64,000 nt of DNA from a virus. Each line of letters starts with the position of its first letter. Positions within the stretch are counted from its first letter, which is position 1. The notes below the pieces were generated by a model, which was not told where the DNA came from, did no database searches, and was given only the letters and a program-made list of their open reading frames with translations. The stretch lies in the IMG/VR virus record IMGVR_UViG_3300044613_003178; one strand, given 5' to 3'. The position numbers and the translations under genes are program-made. Shown here piece by piece: positions 1-9,934 of the stretch.

Positions 1-1367
1 TCATAATATTCATAATGACCAACTTGAATCAGTTCTCCTGGACATGAAGTTTTTAATGAGCCACTATTGCATGGTATGGTTCCGATGCCATTTGCACTTT
101 CACCTGATTGTGGACCGTCGCAACTACTACTCCAAGAACATGTCGATGGAATTGTTGGATCACCACAGTTATTGTCATTTCTAAAACCACCATCCGGAAT
201 ACTATCGTCCCAAAAATTATTCCATGTAAATCCACCAGAACCCCATGAAGATCCATCCCAAATTGGCGAATCTCTTACTACAATTTTTCCATATGAAACC
301 TGGCAACAACTTGGTCCATCATTTTGTTCTACAAGTTTTGAAAGACATGCACCGCAATTCTCAATAACTTGGTCTATGAATAAAGGTGGATCATCAAATC
401 TTCCAACATCAATGTTGCCTCCAAGAGAACCTGCAAGTGAATAACTGTTTTGTATAACGCTTGTAGTTGGTGCTAGGTAACATTCTCCTTGAGATAAAAT
501 ACTTTTTCCACCAAAATCACCCTCTATTGCTTTCTTTTCCCAATTTGAATTTGCACCTTCTTTTGGTTGATATTCTTCATCCTCACATACTTCTGGTTTT
601 GGTTGACTTACTAAACAACTTCTAGCATCTTCTAATATGGTAAATGGTCTACCACAACCAACATAATCGCTATCTGAAGGATTACCGGCATTGGCTGTTA
701 ATCCACTCAAAGGATTACCCGATAGTAAAGGAAAACTTCCACCATTTGGAGTTAACCCTGCTAATAAAATTTGAACAGGATCATATACTTGGTAATTAGA
801 ACCATTTATATTATAAACTAAACCAAAACCAGCGGAACCATGAGAATCAGTATCCCAACATCCACCAACTTCACCACCAGCACAATCAACCAAACATTGC
901 CAACTTCCTTTTCCACATGGAGGTAAACCTAACCAATAACCAGATTTTGCCAAAAATTGTTTTAATTGTGATTGACCAGGATCTCCAGTTAACCAAGTAA
1001 TGTATTGGTTATAAGTTGTGACATCACTTACTCTTGTTGGTTTTGTGAATGTAGAATCAAAAAGATATCTACTTAAAAAATTCCACTGTGGACAACCGAA
1101 TGGTTTTGTATATGTGGTTTTTGTTCTTCTTGGTAAGCAGTCACCACATTGTGATACTTTTCCAGAAGTAAATGAAGATGTATAAAATTCAGAACAATCT
1201 AGATCTTGACATTTAGGAGTTTTTAAATTATAAACTCTATCTTTATGTTCTGATTGCAAGACACTATCAGTTATGATTTTTGGAGAAATTATAACTTCAT
1301 CTATACCAGAAACTCTGACAGAAAATCTTGGTGTTGTTAATTCTACTTGTAATAAATAGTCAAGCAT
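1..1367 (-). CDS. Cys-rich putative virion/appendage protein, partial (runs off the window start; >455 aa; not in the ORF track)
   Basis: Hand translation from ATG at 1367 gives MLDYLLQVELTTPRFSVRVSG... and stays open to position 1. It has many Cys/Gly/Trp motifs (CQDLDC, CGDC, CLVDC, CGAC, SCCQ). Confidence 0.8.
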   Translation of the reverse strand, partial: MLDYLLQVELTTPRFSVRVSGIDEVIISPKIITDSVLQSEHKDRVYNLKTPKCQDLDCSEFYTSSFTSGKVSQCGDCLPRRTKTTYTKPFGCPQWNFLSRYLFDSTFTKPTRVSDVTTYNQYITWLTGDPGQSQLKQFLAKSGYWLGLPPCGKGSWQCLVDCAGGEVGGCWDTDSHGSAGFGLVYNINGSNYQVYDPVQILLAGLTPNGGSFPLLSGNPLSGLTANAGNPSDSDYVGCGRPFTILEDARSCLVSQPKPEVCEDEEYQPKEGANSNWEKKAIEGDFGGKSILSQGECYLAPTTSVIQNSYSLAGSLGGNIDVGRFDDPPLFIDQVIENCGACLSKLVEQNDGPSCCQVSYGKIVVRDSPIWDGSSWGSGGFTWNNFWDDSIPDGGFRNDNNCGDPTIPSTCSWSSSCDGPQSGESANGIGTIPCNSGSLKTSCPGELIQVGHYEYY

Positions 1368-1413
1368 TTATATTATTATCCTGAAAAAACAATCACTAGA
1401 ATTACATCGTATG

Positions 1414-1941
1414 TTATCTTGTTATATTTGGTGTTACTACAAATCTTCCTTGCATTATTCGATAAACAATAGCATTTGGATGGTCAATAATGTCTTGAGA
1501 GAATAATATTTCAATATCATATAAAAAATTACCATAGGGTATTTTTCCCATAACATCTGCGCTTATTGTTATTATTATATTTGGTTGATCTTGTTTATTT
1601 GTTGATGAATTCTTACCATCTTTAAGATCTATCTTAATATGTGAATAGTCAAGATCACTTTGCCCCCATAATGTTTCATCATCACCTTGTGTTGCTAAAC
1701 TGTTTTCTTCAACAAGGATTAAATCACCATCTACAGAATCTCTAACTTGCATACGAACATATGTTTTTATTGGTAATAAATTTCCATTTGAATCTTTTGG
1801 AAATTGGTCTTCATATCCTTCTATAATACTTGTTGGAGGATCTAATAAGTTTATGGAATTTTTATTGATATCCGTAAACTTTAATTTTAAACGAAAAGTA
1901 GATCCTTCGTCTGTTATGATATCATAATAGGCTGCTGACAT
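1414..1941 (-). CDS. Putative Ig-like (BppU-like) phage structural protein; likely start MSAAYYD at 1941
   Basis: The pattern YDIxxxEGSTFRL...RMQVR...YDIEI...RIMQGRFVVTPNITR is typical of small phage Ig-like adaptor proteins. The start overlaps the portal gene end. Confidence 0.55.
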   Translation of the reverse strand: MSAAYYDIITDEGSTFRLKLKFTDINKNSINLLDPPTSIIEGYEDQFPKDSNGNLLPIKTYVRMQVRDSVDGDLILVEENSLATQGDDETLWGQSDLDYSHIKIDLKDGKNSSTNKQDQPNIIITISADVMGKIPYGNFLYDIEILFSQDIIDHPNAIVYRIMQGRFVVTPNITR

Positions 1942-3550
1942 CGAATGTTTTACCTCCTGTTGTATCACCTGTTTGTGATGCTGCAGTATTTATAGCACCA
2001 CCAGAGGTATCAACATTTTGATCTTGTTGTGCAACTTCTTGACCAGCACTTTGTGACTGTGAAGCCATAACAGCTTCTTGTTGTTTTTCTAATTGTTGTA
2101 CTTGTTCTTCTTGTATTTCAGAATCTATTTGTTGAATTTCGAGATCAGTTTGACGGAGAAGATTCTTTCTTAGCCATCTATCCGAATAAAACTTACCAGA
2201 GTAATCTGCAGCATCACGGAGAATAGCAATTCTATCTCTTAAGATTTCTGCTTGCTTCGATTCTGCAAAATATGAATCAGTAGCATATTTAAAATTTATC
2301 TTTTGATAAATTTGATCCCAGTCTTGTTGACTCATTACTTGTCGAGATAATAATTGTACTCTTAAGAAATTTAAGAACATTTCACTGAATTTCATTCTTA
2401 GTTTGTTTATAAATTTAGCAAACTTTAATTCATCTCTTGAAATTTCTGAAGCACGACCCATATTGAATCCGGTATTTGCTTCAATGCGAGACTCTGGAAT
2501 ATTGAGTGCTTTCAATAATTTCTTTTGGAAGTACATTACATCTGCCATCTCTCCTAAGTTTTGTCCACCAGGAAGAGTGGAAATTTCTGTGCCACGACCA
2601 CCTTCTCTACGAGGTAGCCAATAATCTTCCAACATGCTCATGTGTTTACGATCATCACGGAGTTCTCCGGTATTTGCATCGTAAACAAGTTTATTGCGGA
2701 AACGATTCATTTGATCACGCATGTATTGCTCTGCTTTGTTCTTGGGTAAAGAACCGACATCGATATAGAATACACGACGCTCTGGAGCACGCGACCAACG
2801 ATAAATGACTGTAGCATCTTCAACCATTCTCAACTGATTGAGTGGTTTAATTGCTTTGTGTAGATAACCAATGATTCTCTTACTTGAATAATCATACAAA
2901 CCAGAATTCACATAATTGATTGAATCTGTTGATATTTTCAATCCCTTTGTATCATATGGATTTAATTTTTCATAGTTTGAGAAAACATAATATTCTCTAA
3001 CATCTTCAATGATAGGAACATTTCCAAGTTTTGTATTTCTTTTTACTTCACGAATCTTCTTAATCAAAAGAGGATCAATAACACGAACTTCTTTCAAACC
3101 TTCAGTTGGATCATCGTTCAATATGTGATGGAAGTACAATCTACCATCAATATACCATTTACGGAAAAGTTCATGTGCTTTCTTATTGAAGTTTAATAAT
3201 TGAAGAATTGTTCCAAACTCTTCATTTATAATTTGTTTAATTTCTTCTGGTACTTGAACTTTATCAAGATCAAGTTCGACAATTGATCCTTTAGCATCTT
3301 CAGTTATTGCTTCATTGACAATATCATCAATTGCTTGATCGAGTTCAGCATGAAGGCTCATTTCACGGTATTTTCTAACTAGATCAACATCTGCCTTTAA
3401 AGTACCATCCAAGTCAATGTAAAATCCTTGAAACCCACCTGCTTCAACAACGGATGCACCGTCGTCAAAATTCTTGGGTACAAAGGATTCTACCTTTTCT
3501 GGTTCCTTATCTTTTTTGCCAAATGTAAATCCAAATAGTTCAAATGCCAT
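1922..3550 (-). CDS. gp20: T4-like portal protein gp20
   Basis: Motifs FRKWYIDGRLYFH, LHKAIKPLNQLRMVEDA, RAPERRVFYIDVG, MLEDYWLPRREGGRGTEI, EISRDELKF. Confidence 0.98.
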   Translation of the reverse strand: MAFELFGFTFGKKDKEPEKVESFVPKNFDDGASVVEAGGFQGFYIDLDGTLKADVDLVRKYREMSLHAELDQAIDDIVNEAITEDAKGSIVELDLDKVQVPEEIKQIINEEFGTILQLLNFNKKAHELFRKWYIDGRLYFHHILNDDPTEGLKEVRVIDPLLIKKIREVKRNTKLGNVPIIEDVREYYVFSNYEKLNPYDTKGLKISTDSINYVNSGLYDYSSKRIIGYLHKAIKPLNQLRMVEDATVIYRWSRAPERRVFYIDVGSLPKNKAEQYMRDQMNRFRNKLVYDANTGELRDDRKHMSMLEDYWLPRREGGRGTEISTLPGGQNLGEMADVMYFQKKLLKALNIPESRIEANTGFNMGRASEISRDELKFAKFINKLRMKFSEMFLNFLRVQLLSRQVMSQQDWDQIYQKINFKYATDSYFAESKQAEILRDRIAILRDAADYSGKFYSDRWLRKNLLRQTDLEIQQIDSEIQEEQVQQLEKQQEAVMASQSQSAGQEVAQQDQNVDTSGGAINTAASQTGDTTGGKTFDVSSLL

Positions 3551-3585
3551 AATAAAGATCCTTTTTTATAAAGTACTGATTAATT

Positions 3586-4356
3586 TCAGCTACGGCTTGT
3601 ACCGATACCAAAGCTGAAGTTTCCAGTATTTATACCGAATGCTGTGGAGTTCTTGCCACCACCTGCACCCACTGCTACACCTGCGCCACCTGAGCCAACT
3701 GCTACACCTGCTCCTGTGCCGTAACCACCACCAAATCCACCGCCAGCAAATCCTGGGATACCGAATCCTGCTGCACCAGCACCTGCTATTGCACCTGGTC
3801 CGATTGCGCCTGGTAAGCCAACTCCATTTACTTGGAATGGTGATGAACTTGTGATGAAATATGAATATTTGAAAGTTACTTGGAAATCAGATACTGTATC
3901 GTTTTGATCATATCCTAATTGGACAGATGCAATGTTTTCTGGCCAAACATCGAAGAATTGATACCACTTAACTACTTGGTAATTTCTTGATAATTGTGCT
4001 ACTGTAGCAGAACCAAATGCTGCTCTTGGATTTGGATATGCTGTAGCATTACCTGCATATGAATTAAATAATTCGTTCCAATATTCAAATGCATTTCTTA
4101 GTGACATTCCTTGATCGTTGATAACATCGATTGTCCAATCTTCGAATTGACGATCTCCTGGATACTTTGCCATACGACCTAAGTATGGAACATTTACTTC
4201 ACCAAGAATTGATGAAGGTAATGTTGCTGCTTTGCAGAAGAATTGTAATTGTGGTAAAGCACCAATCTGTGGACTTGTCATAGTTACAGAGTACAAATTT
4301 GGTCTTGAACCGCCGTCGAAGGCTGACATGAATGAATTAATTGATGAGTCTGCCAT
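3586..4356 (-). CDS. gp19: Tail tube protein gp19 with a Gly-rich C-terminal extension
   Basis: Motifs GGSRPNLY, CKAATLP, GDRQFEDWTIDVIND, LRNAFEYW, FQVTFKY. Lies between the sheath and portal genes. Confidence 0.95.
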   Translation of the reverse strand: MADSSINSFMSAFDGGSRPNLYSVTMTSPQIGALPQLQFFCKAATLPSSILGEVNVPYLGRMAKYPGDRQFEDWTIDVINDQGMSLRNAFEYWNELFNSYAGNATAYPNPRAAFGSATVAQLSRNYQVVKWYQFFDVWPENIASVQLGYDQNDTVSDFQVTFKYSYFITSSSPFQVNGVGLPGAIGPGAIAGAGAAGFGIPGFAGGGFGGGYGTGAGVAVGSGGAGVAVGAGGGKNSTAFGINTGNFSFGIGTSRS

Positions 4357-4381
4357 TTATTTGCTCCTTGATTTTCCTCTT

Positions 4382-4389
4382 TATTTATA
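4382..4389 (-). promoter_or_regulatory. T4-type late promoter TATAAATA upstream of gp19
   Basis: Exact TATAAATA in the gp18-gp19 intergenic gap, followed by an AAGGAG Shine-Dalgarno. Confidence 0.8.
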
Positions 4390-4402
4390 CTCTTTTTTTA
4401 AA

Positions 4403-6151
4403 TTATCCACCGAATTCTGCGAAGGTTACACCTGTTGGGGTAGCAACAAAGTTTAGACGGATGAAGTTGATACTTCTTGCTGGTGCAACAAAGATATCAG
4501 CAACGAATTGATTTTGATCGATTACACTTGCTGGATTATTAGATTCATCACACACTACTGCATATGAACTTACACCACGCTTACCTTGAACTTCACGAAG
4601 GAAAGGCTCAACTAATTGTCTAAATTGTGCTCTTGTGAATGCATCGTTGAATTCAAAGAGTTGGAACTTAGCTGCTGTAGCAATTGTCTTCTCTAGAACA
4701 TTGAAGAGTCTACGAACATTGATTCTATCAAATGCACTTGGTTTGGTTTGTAGAGTCTTATCACCGAAGAGAATTGCACCAGATCCTTGGAAAGATACTA
4801 TTGGGTTAATGTTGTTCTTATATAACTTATCTCTGTAAGTTTTTGATGGGTTCCATACCAACTTTACTATGTTATTGATACGACCACGATCATATCCTGC
4901 TGGTGAGAACCAAGGCTCTCTTGTGTTATCTGTTCTTACACAGCAACCTGCAGTGTCACCACAGAGAGGAATATATAAGTACTTATCGTTATAACGATCA
5001 TATTGATACTTAGCATTACCATCCATTACACCGTAGGATGACGAACCTAATGTTGTTCTATAATTGTTCAGTACAGTGAATGTTGCGTCATCTGATGTTA
5101 ATGTTGCATTTAGAACATCCAAAGCCTTTGGTGATACGAATGCGATGCAATCTTGACGATTTGCTGCAATATTGATTACCGACTTAGCATTTGATGCAGT
5201 CATATTACCTGCAATCAAGAGTGATACATCAACATCTTCTGAATTTGAAAATTGTTGCTCGAATGCTGCAACTTTATCAGCCTCATCTAAAGTTGAGCTT
5301 GGTGTTAAAGAACCACCATTTAATGAATATGACTTGACTGTTGAAAGAGTTTTAAATGCTAGTGATGATGAAACGGCATTATCCCAATCTTGTGTGTTTG
5401 CTTGAGTTCTGTAAGATGCTGGCTCGTTACCTACCCAAACATACTTAGAACGATTATTAATTACATTTCTCCAGAAGATTGTATTACCGTCACCTGAGCG
5501 AGCGTCGGTTGCTTTAGATATTTTGACGAATTGTTCTAGAACTGTACCTTTTGTACCAGTCCACTTACCGTCTTCATCAATGACCAAAACAGTAATTTCA
5601 TCTTTTGCATTAGCGTTGATATTTGAAGCGTAATCTGATGTGCCTGGGATACCATAAACATCTGTGTATGTTTCCCATTCACCTGTACCATTTGTATCAG
5701 GATCAATACCATCGATTACTACTACCTTTAGACTATTTCCCAATTCGCCAGGATACTTTGCTGCCCAGTAGAATCCATAACCACTATATGTGGTATTTGC
5801 GTTTGCAAATTGTTTTTCAAAATCTTCTCTGCTCTTTATTTGAATACCATCTGTATCTGAACTGTCAGTTGCATTGTCATCACCAGTACCAACAGCTCTT
5901 ACAACTTGGAGAGCACCACCATATGATAAGAAGTTTGAAGCAACATACCAATCAACTGCATATGTTGCATCTGAATTTGGTTTGCCAAAAACATCTGTTA
6001 ATTGTTTTTCTGTTTCAATTAATACTCTAGAATCTGCTGGACCCCATTGAAAAAAGCCAGCATAACCTGCAGGGGTGGTTGCAATGGCAGGAATTACTGA
6101 AGTAAGATCAAATTCTCTAATTTCTACACCGGGACTTAATTGGAATGCCAT
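4403..6151 (-). CDS. gp18: Tail sheath protein gp18
   Basis: Motifs MAFQLSPGVEIREFDLT, FQWGP, AAKYPGELGN, PWFSPAGYDRG, FDRINVRRLF, FEFNDAFTR, RSINFIRLNF. Confidence 0.98.
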   Translation of the reverse strand: MAFQLSPGVEIREFDLTSVIPAIATTPAGYAGFFQWGPADSRVLIETEKQLTDVFGKPNSDATYAVDWYVASNFLSYGGALQVVRAVGTGDDNATDSSDTDGIQIKSREDFEKQFANANTTYSGYGFYWAAKYPGELGNSLKVVVIDGIDPDTNGTGEWETYTDVYGIPGTSDYASNINANAKDEITVLVIDEDGKWTGTKGTVLEQFVKISKATDARSGDGNTIFWRNVINNRSKYVWVGNEPASYRTQANTQDWDNAVSSSLAFKTLSTVKSYSLNGGSLTPSSTLDEADKVAAFEQQFSNSEDVDVSLLIAGNMTASNAKSVINIAANRQDCIAFVSPKALDVLNATLTSDDATFTVLNNYRTTLGSSSYGVMDGNAKYQYDRYNDKYLYIPLCGDTAGCCVRTDNTREPWFSPAGYDRGRINNIVKLVWNPSKTYRDKLYKNNINPIVSFQGSGAILFGDKTLQTKPSAFDRINVRRLFNVLEKTIATAAKFQLFEFNDAFTRAQFRQLVEPFLREVQGKRGVSSYAVVCDESNNPASVIDQNQFVADIFVAPARSINFIRLNFVATPTGVTFAEFGG

Positions 6152-6185
6152 TTTTCTCTCCTTATTCGCCTATTTTGGTCTAAGG

Positions 6186-7859
6186 TTATGTATAAAAATC
6201 ATTATTTCTATTTTCGGCATCACTCCAGACGGTTCCAGATGAGTCTATTTCATCACCATTCATTTGAATACCATCATCAATTACACCGAACGGTGTCATT
6301 TCTTCTTCTAATTGTTTTAATTTTTCATCAAACACGGTTTTTCTGATATCCATATTTGTCATATCTTTAAAATAACTTTGAGTCGTCAACCAACCAAAGA
6401 GAACCATACACATAACCAAGTCGTCATTATGACCAGTATCGGCTTCAAAGGAATTATTTTTTGAAATAAAGGAAACAAGTTCCTGTATGATGTCGTAATC
6501 GGCAATGAGTAGTTTATTGGATTCGATCAGAGACTTCAACACGGAGCATCCTAGACGCTTTACCGCCTTCGTAGTGCGGAGTCCTAATTGGGTTTGACTA
6601 CTTCCTCCGAACCCACCATCAAGAGTCTGACCCTTTCTACCACGAATACTAGACATTAACAAATTATCATATTCCAGTTCATTATGTAATAAATCAGCCA
6701 CCTGACCACCAATGTCATTTATTTCAACTAATATGTAAGCATCATTATATTGTTTGGCAATTGGGTATATTGCATTTGGGTATACCAAAGGAGACATCTC
6801 GTTATTTTTAAAAGTGGCTGCTATCTTATAAGGTGTCTTGGTTATATCAACAACTGTGAATGCATGGTAATCGTTTCCAGTACCTCTAGCAGTATCAACT
6901 GTTAAAATGTAGGTGTGATTATTTGCAGGATTTTTAGAATCTACTACTGGTTTTTCATAAACCTTCAATCCGTCTGGGGTAGTGTGGATTGGAGTCTTAT
7001 AAACCATTGTTCTGAGTTTATCTGCAGAGATAAGAGTGTTGGTACTACCAATGAAATCACATTCGTGCTCTGTGCGGAATCGTTCTTCACCTAAGTTTTT
7101 GATTTCTCTTTGATACCATTCCTCATCACGACCGGGAACATCTGACCAGTGAACATCTATATGCTTGAAACTGTTTCTTCCTTCTATTGCTTCAATCCAT
7201 AGTTTATAATATAAATTCAATCCATTAGGTGTAGAAATTACAACCATTTTGGAAGTTTTACCGGATGTGATTGTTGGATATACTGAACTATAGAAATCGT
7301 TTGCTATATTTTCAGGGACATGGGCGAACTCATCCAACAGAATATAATTAAAAGATCCACCACGGATAGCAGATGCAGATGTTGCGGACGAAATGACTTT
7401 TGATCCATTTTCCAATTCGATAGAATGCTTATTCCATTCTTTAACACCCTGCTGCAGCCATTTTGGTAGGTTTTCATAAGCAGTCTTTAAACGATCCATA
7501 TGACCCTTTGCAAGTTTTTCTTTATTTGCAAGAATTGCTATGGTTTGATTTGGATTAAACAGTGCATGGTGTAGAATATCTGCAATGATGGTAGTTGACT
7601 TACCACACTGACGAGGCATCTTTGCAATAACGAATCTATTGTCACGAATAAGATTTACTAGTTTTTCTTGAAATGGATACATCGAGAAGGTCATCAATCC
7701 CTTATCAAGATTGACAATCTTAATATAATTTTTCATGAAATAAACAGGATCTTCAGAACACTTTAAATATTCCTCAACTTGATCTTGAGTAAAGTTGACA
7801 GGAACATTTGTCTTCTTGAGATTTGGATTACCGAGATATGAGTTCTTATCACCAATCAT
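6186..7859 (-). CDS. gp17: Terminase large subunit gp17
   Basis: Motifs YLGNPNLK, Walker A PRQCGKST, Walker B ILLDEFAH, ISTPNG, and nuclease motif HNDDLVM. Confidence 0.98.
   Translation of the reverse strand: MIGDKNSYLGNPNLKKTNVPVNFTQDQVEEYLKCSEDPVYFMKNYIKIVNLDKGLMTFSMYPFQEKLVNLIRDNRFVIAKMPRQCGKSTTIIADILHHALFNPNQTIAILANKEKLAKGHMDRLKTAYENLPKWLQQGVKEWNKHSIELENGSKVISSATSASAIRGGSFNYILLDEFAHVPENIANDFYSSVYPTITSGKTSKMVVISTPNGLNLYYKLWIEAIEGRNSFKHIDVHWSDVPGRDEEWYQREIKNLGEERFRTEHECDFIGSTNTLISADKLRTMVYKTPIHTTPDGLKVYEKPVVDSKNPANNHTYILTVDTARGTGNDYHAFTVVDITKTPYKIAATFKNNEMSPLVYPNAIYPIAKQYNDAYILVEINDIGGQVADLLHNELEYDNLLMSSIRGRKGQTLDGGFGGSSQTQLGLRTTKAVKRLGCSVLKSLIESNKLLIADYDIIQELVSFISKNNSFEADTGHNDDLVMCMVLFGWLTTQSYFKDMTNMDIRKTVFDEKLKQLEEEMTPFGVIDDGIQMNGDEIDSSGTVWSDAENRNNDFYT
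6187..6194 (-). promoter_or_regulatory. Possible late promoter variant TATACATA upstream of gp18
   Basis: One mismatch to TATAAATA, overlapping the gp17 stop, ~35 nt before an AAGGAG-preceded ATG. The same variant precedes gp25. Confidence 0.5.
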
Positions 7860-8311
7860 GGATTAGATTCTATTTGCTTTATCTCCTGCATCTTACCTCT
7901 TAGCAGTTTCTGCAATTCATTTGTGCTTCCTACAAATATAGATTGATTTGTAATGTTTTGTGCAGATTGTGTAGAAGCAGGAGTATCTTGTCTAATTTCT
8001 TTTAATTGTTTGTGTAATTGAAGAAGATCTTTGTTTGCATCTGCTACACTTTTGATAAGTTGAGATACAACTTCATATGCTCTTGGGGAATCTCCCTCGG
8101 AAGCAACATGAAGAATTCCTTCAATTGCTTTATTTCCCTTTTCAATAATATCATAAAGATTTGACCGAACTGCTTGAAAATCTTCAGATGCTACATCGTT
8201 TTTATTTATTGATGTAAGAATAACTGGTTCTTGCTCTACTATTTCACCAACAGATTTGGGCAAATTAAAAGCATCTTCTAATTTATTGTCAATACTTTTT
8301 TTATCTTCCAT
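7856..8311 (-). CDS. gp16: Terminase small subunit gp16
   Basis: Motifs PRAYEVVSQLIK and IFVGSTNELQKLL. ATGA overlap with gp17. Confidence 0.93.
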   Translation of the reverse strand: MEDKKSIDNKLEDAFNLPKSVGEIVEQEPVILTSINKNDVASEDFQAVRSNLYDIIEKGNKAIEGILHVASEGDSPRAYEVVSQLIKSVADANKDLLQLHKQLKEIRQDTPASTQSAQNITNQSIFVGSTNELQKLLRGKMQEIKQIESNP

Positions 8312-8343
8312 AATATACCTTTAAATTATTTATTATAGTAAAT

Positions 8344-9933
8344 TTATTTTCCGAGTTTAACAGATCCACTTGATTCAAAATAATTCATTGCAAAAAGATT
8401 AAGACTTGCAGAAGATTCAATATTGATAACATCACCAATTGAACGGGAAATATAATTTAATATTACTACATTACCAGTAAATACTCCAATAGTGCCAGCA
8501 GTATTGCCTATTACTTTAATAAATGAACATTTATTTGAAATATTGATACTATTGTAGCAATAAACTTTATAAATCAAATTATTAATATTGTTTTTACTAT
8601 TTGAATTATCAAAATAAAATGGTTGGGTTATATTTTTCATTCTACAATCTATAAACACATTTCCATCAGACCCATTAAAGAAAAATAAACCAGAAAGATC
8701 TCCGTGATTATTAAAATAACAATTATTAAATATAATATTTTGTGGTCTAATATAAAATTTACAATTTATAAACTCGCAATTAAAAAATCTACTCCCATCC
8801 AGCATTAATTGTTTAAAATTTTTTGTGCCAAATGTTATACCCCTAAATTTACAATTTATAAAAGTAGAATTACGCATATCAACAGTAGTGGTAACTCCAG
8901 CAATAACCTCCACTTTAACAAAATCACCAGAACCATTAAATATTGTATTGTTAAAAATTTTATTTCTTAATATTTTATAAGCAGATCCGGAACTTATTGT
9001 TATATTTTTATCATCAGTTCCCATTGTTTGTGATGACAAAGAATTTGTTTCTATAAAATATTTATTGGTGGAACCTGTATAATTTGTTCCTTGAATTGTT
9101 AAACCTACTCGATTAATAGTTCTTGAAGTATTTGGTGTATAAGCACTTTCTAATAATGAAGATGTTATATTATCTGTATTTACAGGTATAATTGTTGAAT
9201 TCAATACATCAAAATTTTCAACACATCTGATAACAATTCTTCTTTTAAACAATGAACCATTTGGATATATCGAATGATCTACAGGTGTCCAAGGTCCTCT
9301 AGTTGTTGTTTTGTATAGATTATAATCAGATTGATTATCTGGATTTGTTAAAATTGAATTTGTATTTGTAATTTTATATAAAGCAGATTGTGCTTCATCT
9401 AGTGTAATTTCAAAATAACCAGTTTCTCTAAATGTAATAGATCTAGAGAAATTATAATTGTTAATACCAATTGGGTCTTGAGATGCATAAGTATTTCTTA
9501 ATAGATTTGATCCATTGATTCCTTGTTGCGTATCAAATTCTTGTGCAACGGTTGTTGTACCATTTTTATATGTAAAATAACTGGTTTCATAATCATATCT
9601 GTTTCTTGGCATAGTTGGTGATCCAACTATTTTTGTATATAGTATATCCCCACCATCTGTAGTATCTGTGACTGTATATGATGTTTGTGGATAATAATTT
9701 TTAACAGTGTTATATGAACCCAGAGCATTTGATTTATATTGTATCTTAATACAATCTGCTTCCAATGGTGTCATTTCACAACCCGATAAATGTATTTGTT
9801 TGTTTTTTTCAACTACATATACTTCTTCGCCTATAGAAGAATCAAACCACCTAATGGCTGGCGCGACACCTCGCAAGCCAGCCATTTTTCTTAATCCCAA
9901 TTGAAAACTTAAATCTACATAACTGTTTGGCAT
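8344..9933 (-). CDS. Beta-helix/pentapeptide-like repeat protein, paralog 3 (529 aa)
   Basis: N-terminal GLRGVAP motif shared with the two neighbouring genes. Repeats such as NSTFINCKF, FFNCEFINCKF and IFNNCYF. Confidence 0.55.
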   Translation of the reverse strand: MPNSYVDLSFQLGLRKMAGLRGVAPAIRWFDSSIGEEVYVVEKNKQIHLSGCEMTPLEADCIKIQYKSNALGSYNTVKNYYPQTSYTVTDTTDGGDILYTKIVGSPTMPRNRYDYETSYFTYKNGTTTVAQEFDTQQGINGSNLLRNTYASQDPIGINNYNFSRSITFRETGYFEITLDEAQSALYKITNTNSILTNPDNQSDYNLYKTTTRGPWTPVDHSIYPNGSLFKRRIVIRCVENFDVLNSTIIPVNTDNITSSLLESAYTPNTSRTINRVGLTIQGTNYTGSTNKYFIETNSLSSQTMGTDDKNITISSGSAYKILRNKIFNNTIFNGSGDFVKVEVIAGVTTTVDMRNSTFINCKFRGITFGTKNFKQLMLDGSRFFNCEFINCKFYIRPQNIIFNNCYFNNHGDLSGLFFFNGSDGNVFIDCRMKNITQPFYFDNSNSKNNINNLIYKVYCYNSINISNKCSFIKVIGNTAGTIGVFTGNVVILNYISRSIGDVINIESSASLNLFAMNYFESSGSVKLGK

Positions 9934-9934
9934 T

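Noticed and set aside
53-444. ORF-track entries 53..256 (-) and 67..444 (+)
   Set aside because: Both lie within the longer - strand Cys-rich ORF (1-1367), which the track missed because it runs off the window.
1922-2130. Gln-rich portal C-terminal tail
   Set aside because: Variable low-complexity tails are common in T4-like portal proteins.
6186-7859. Possible intron or intein in the terminase, portal or sheath genes
   Set aside because: The ORFs are continuous, of normal length, and show no splicing or homing-endonuclease motifs.
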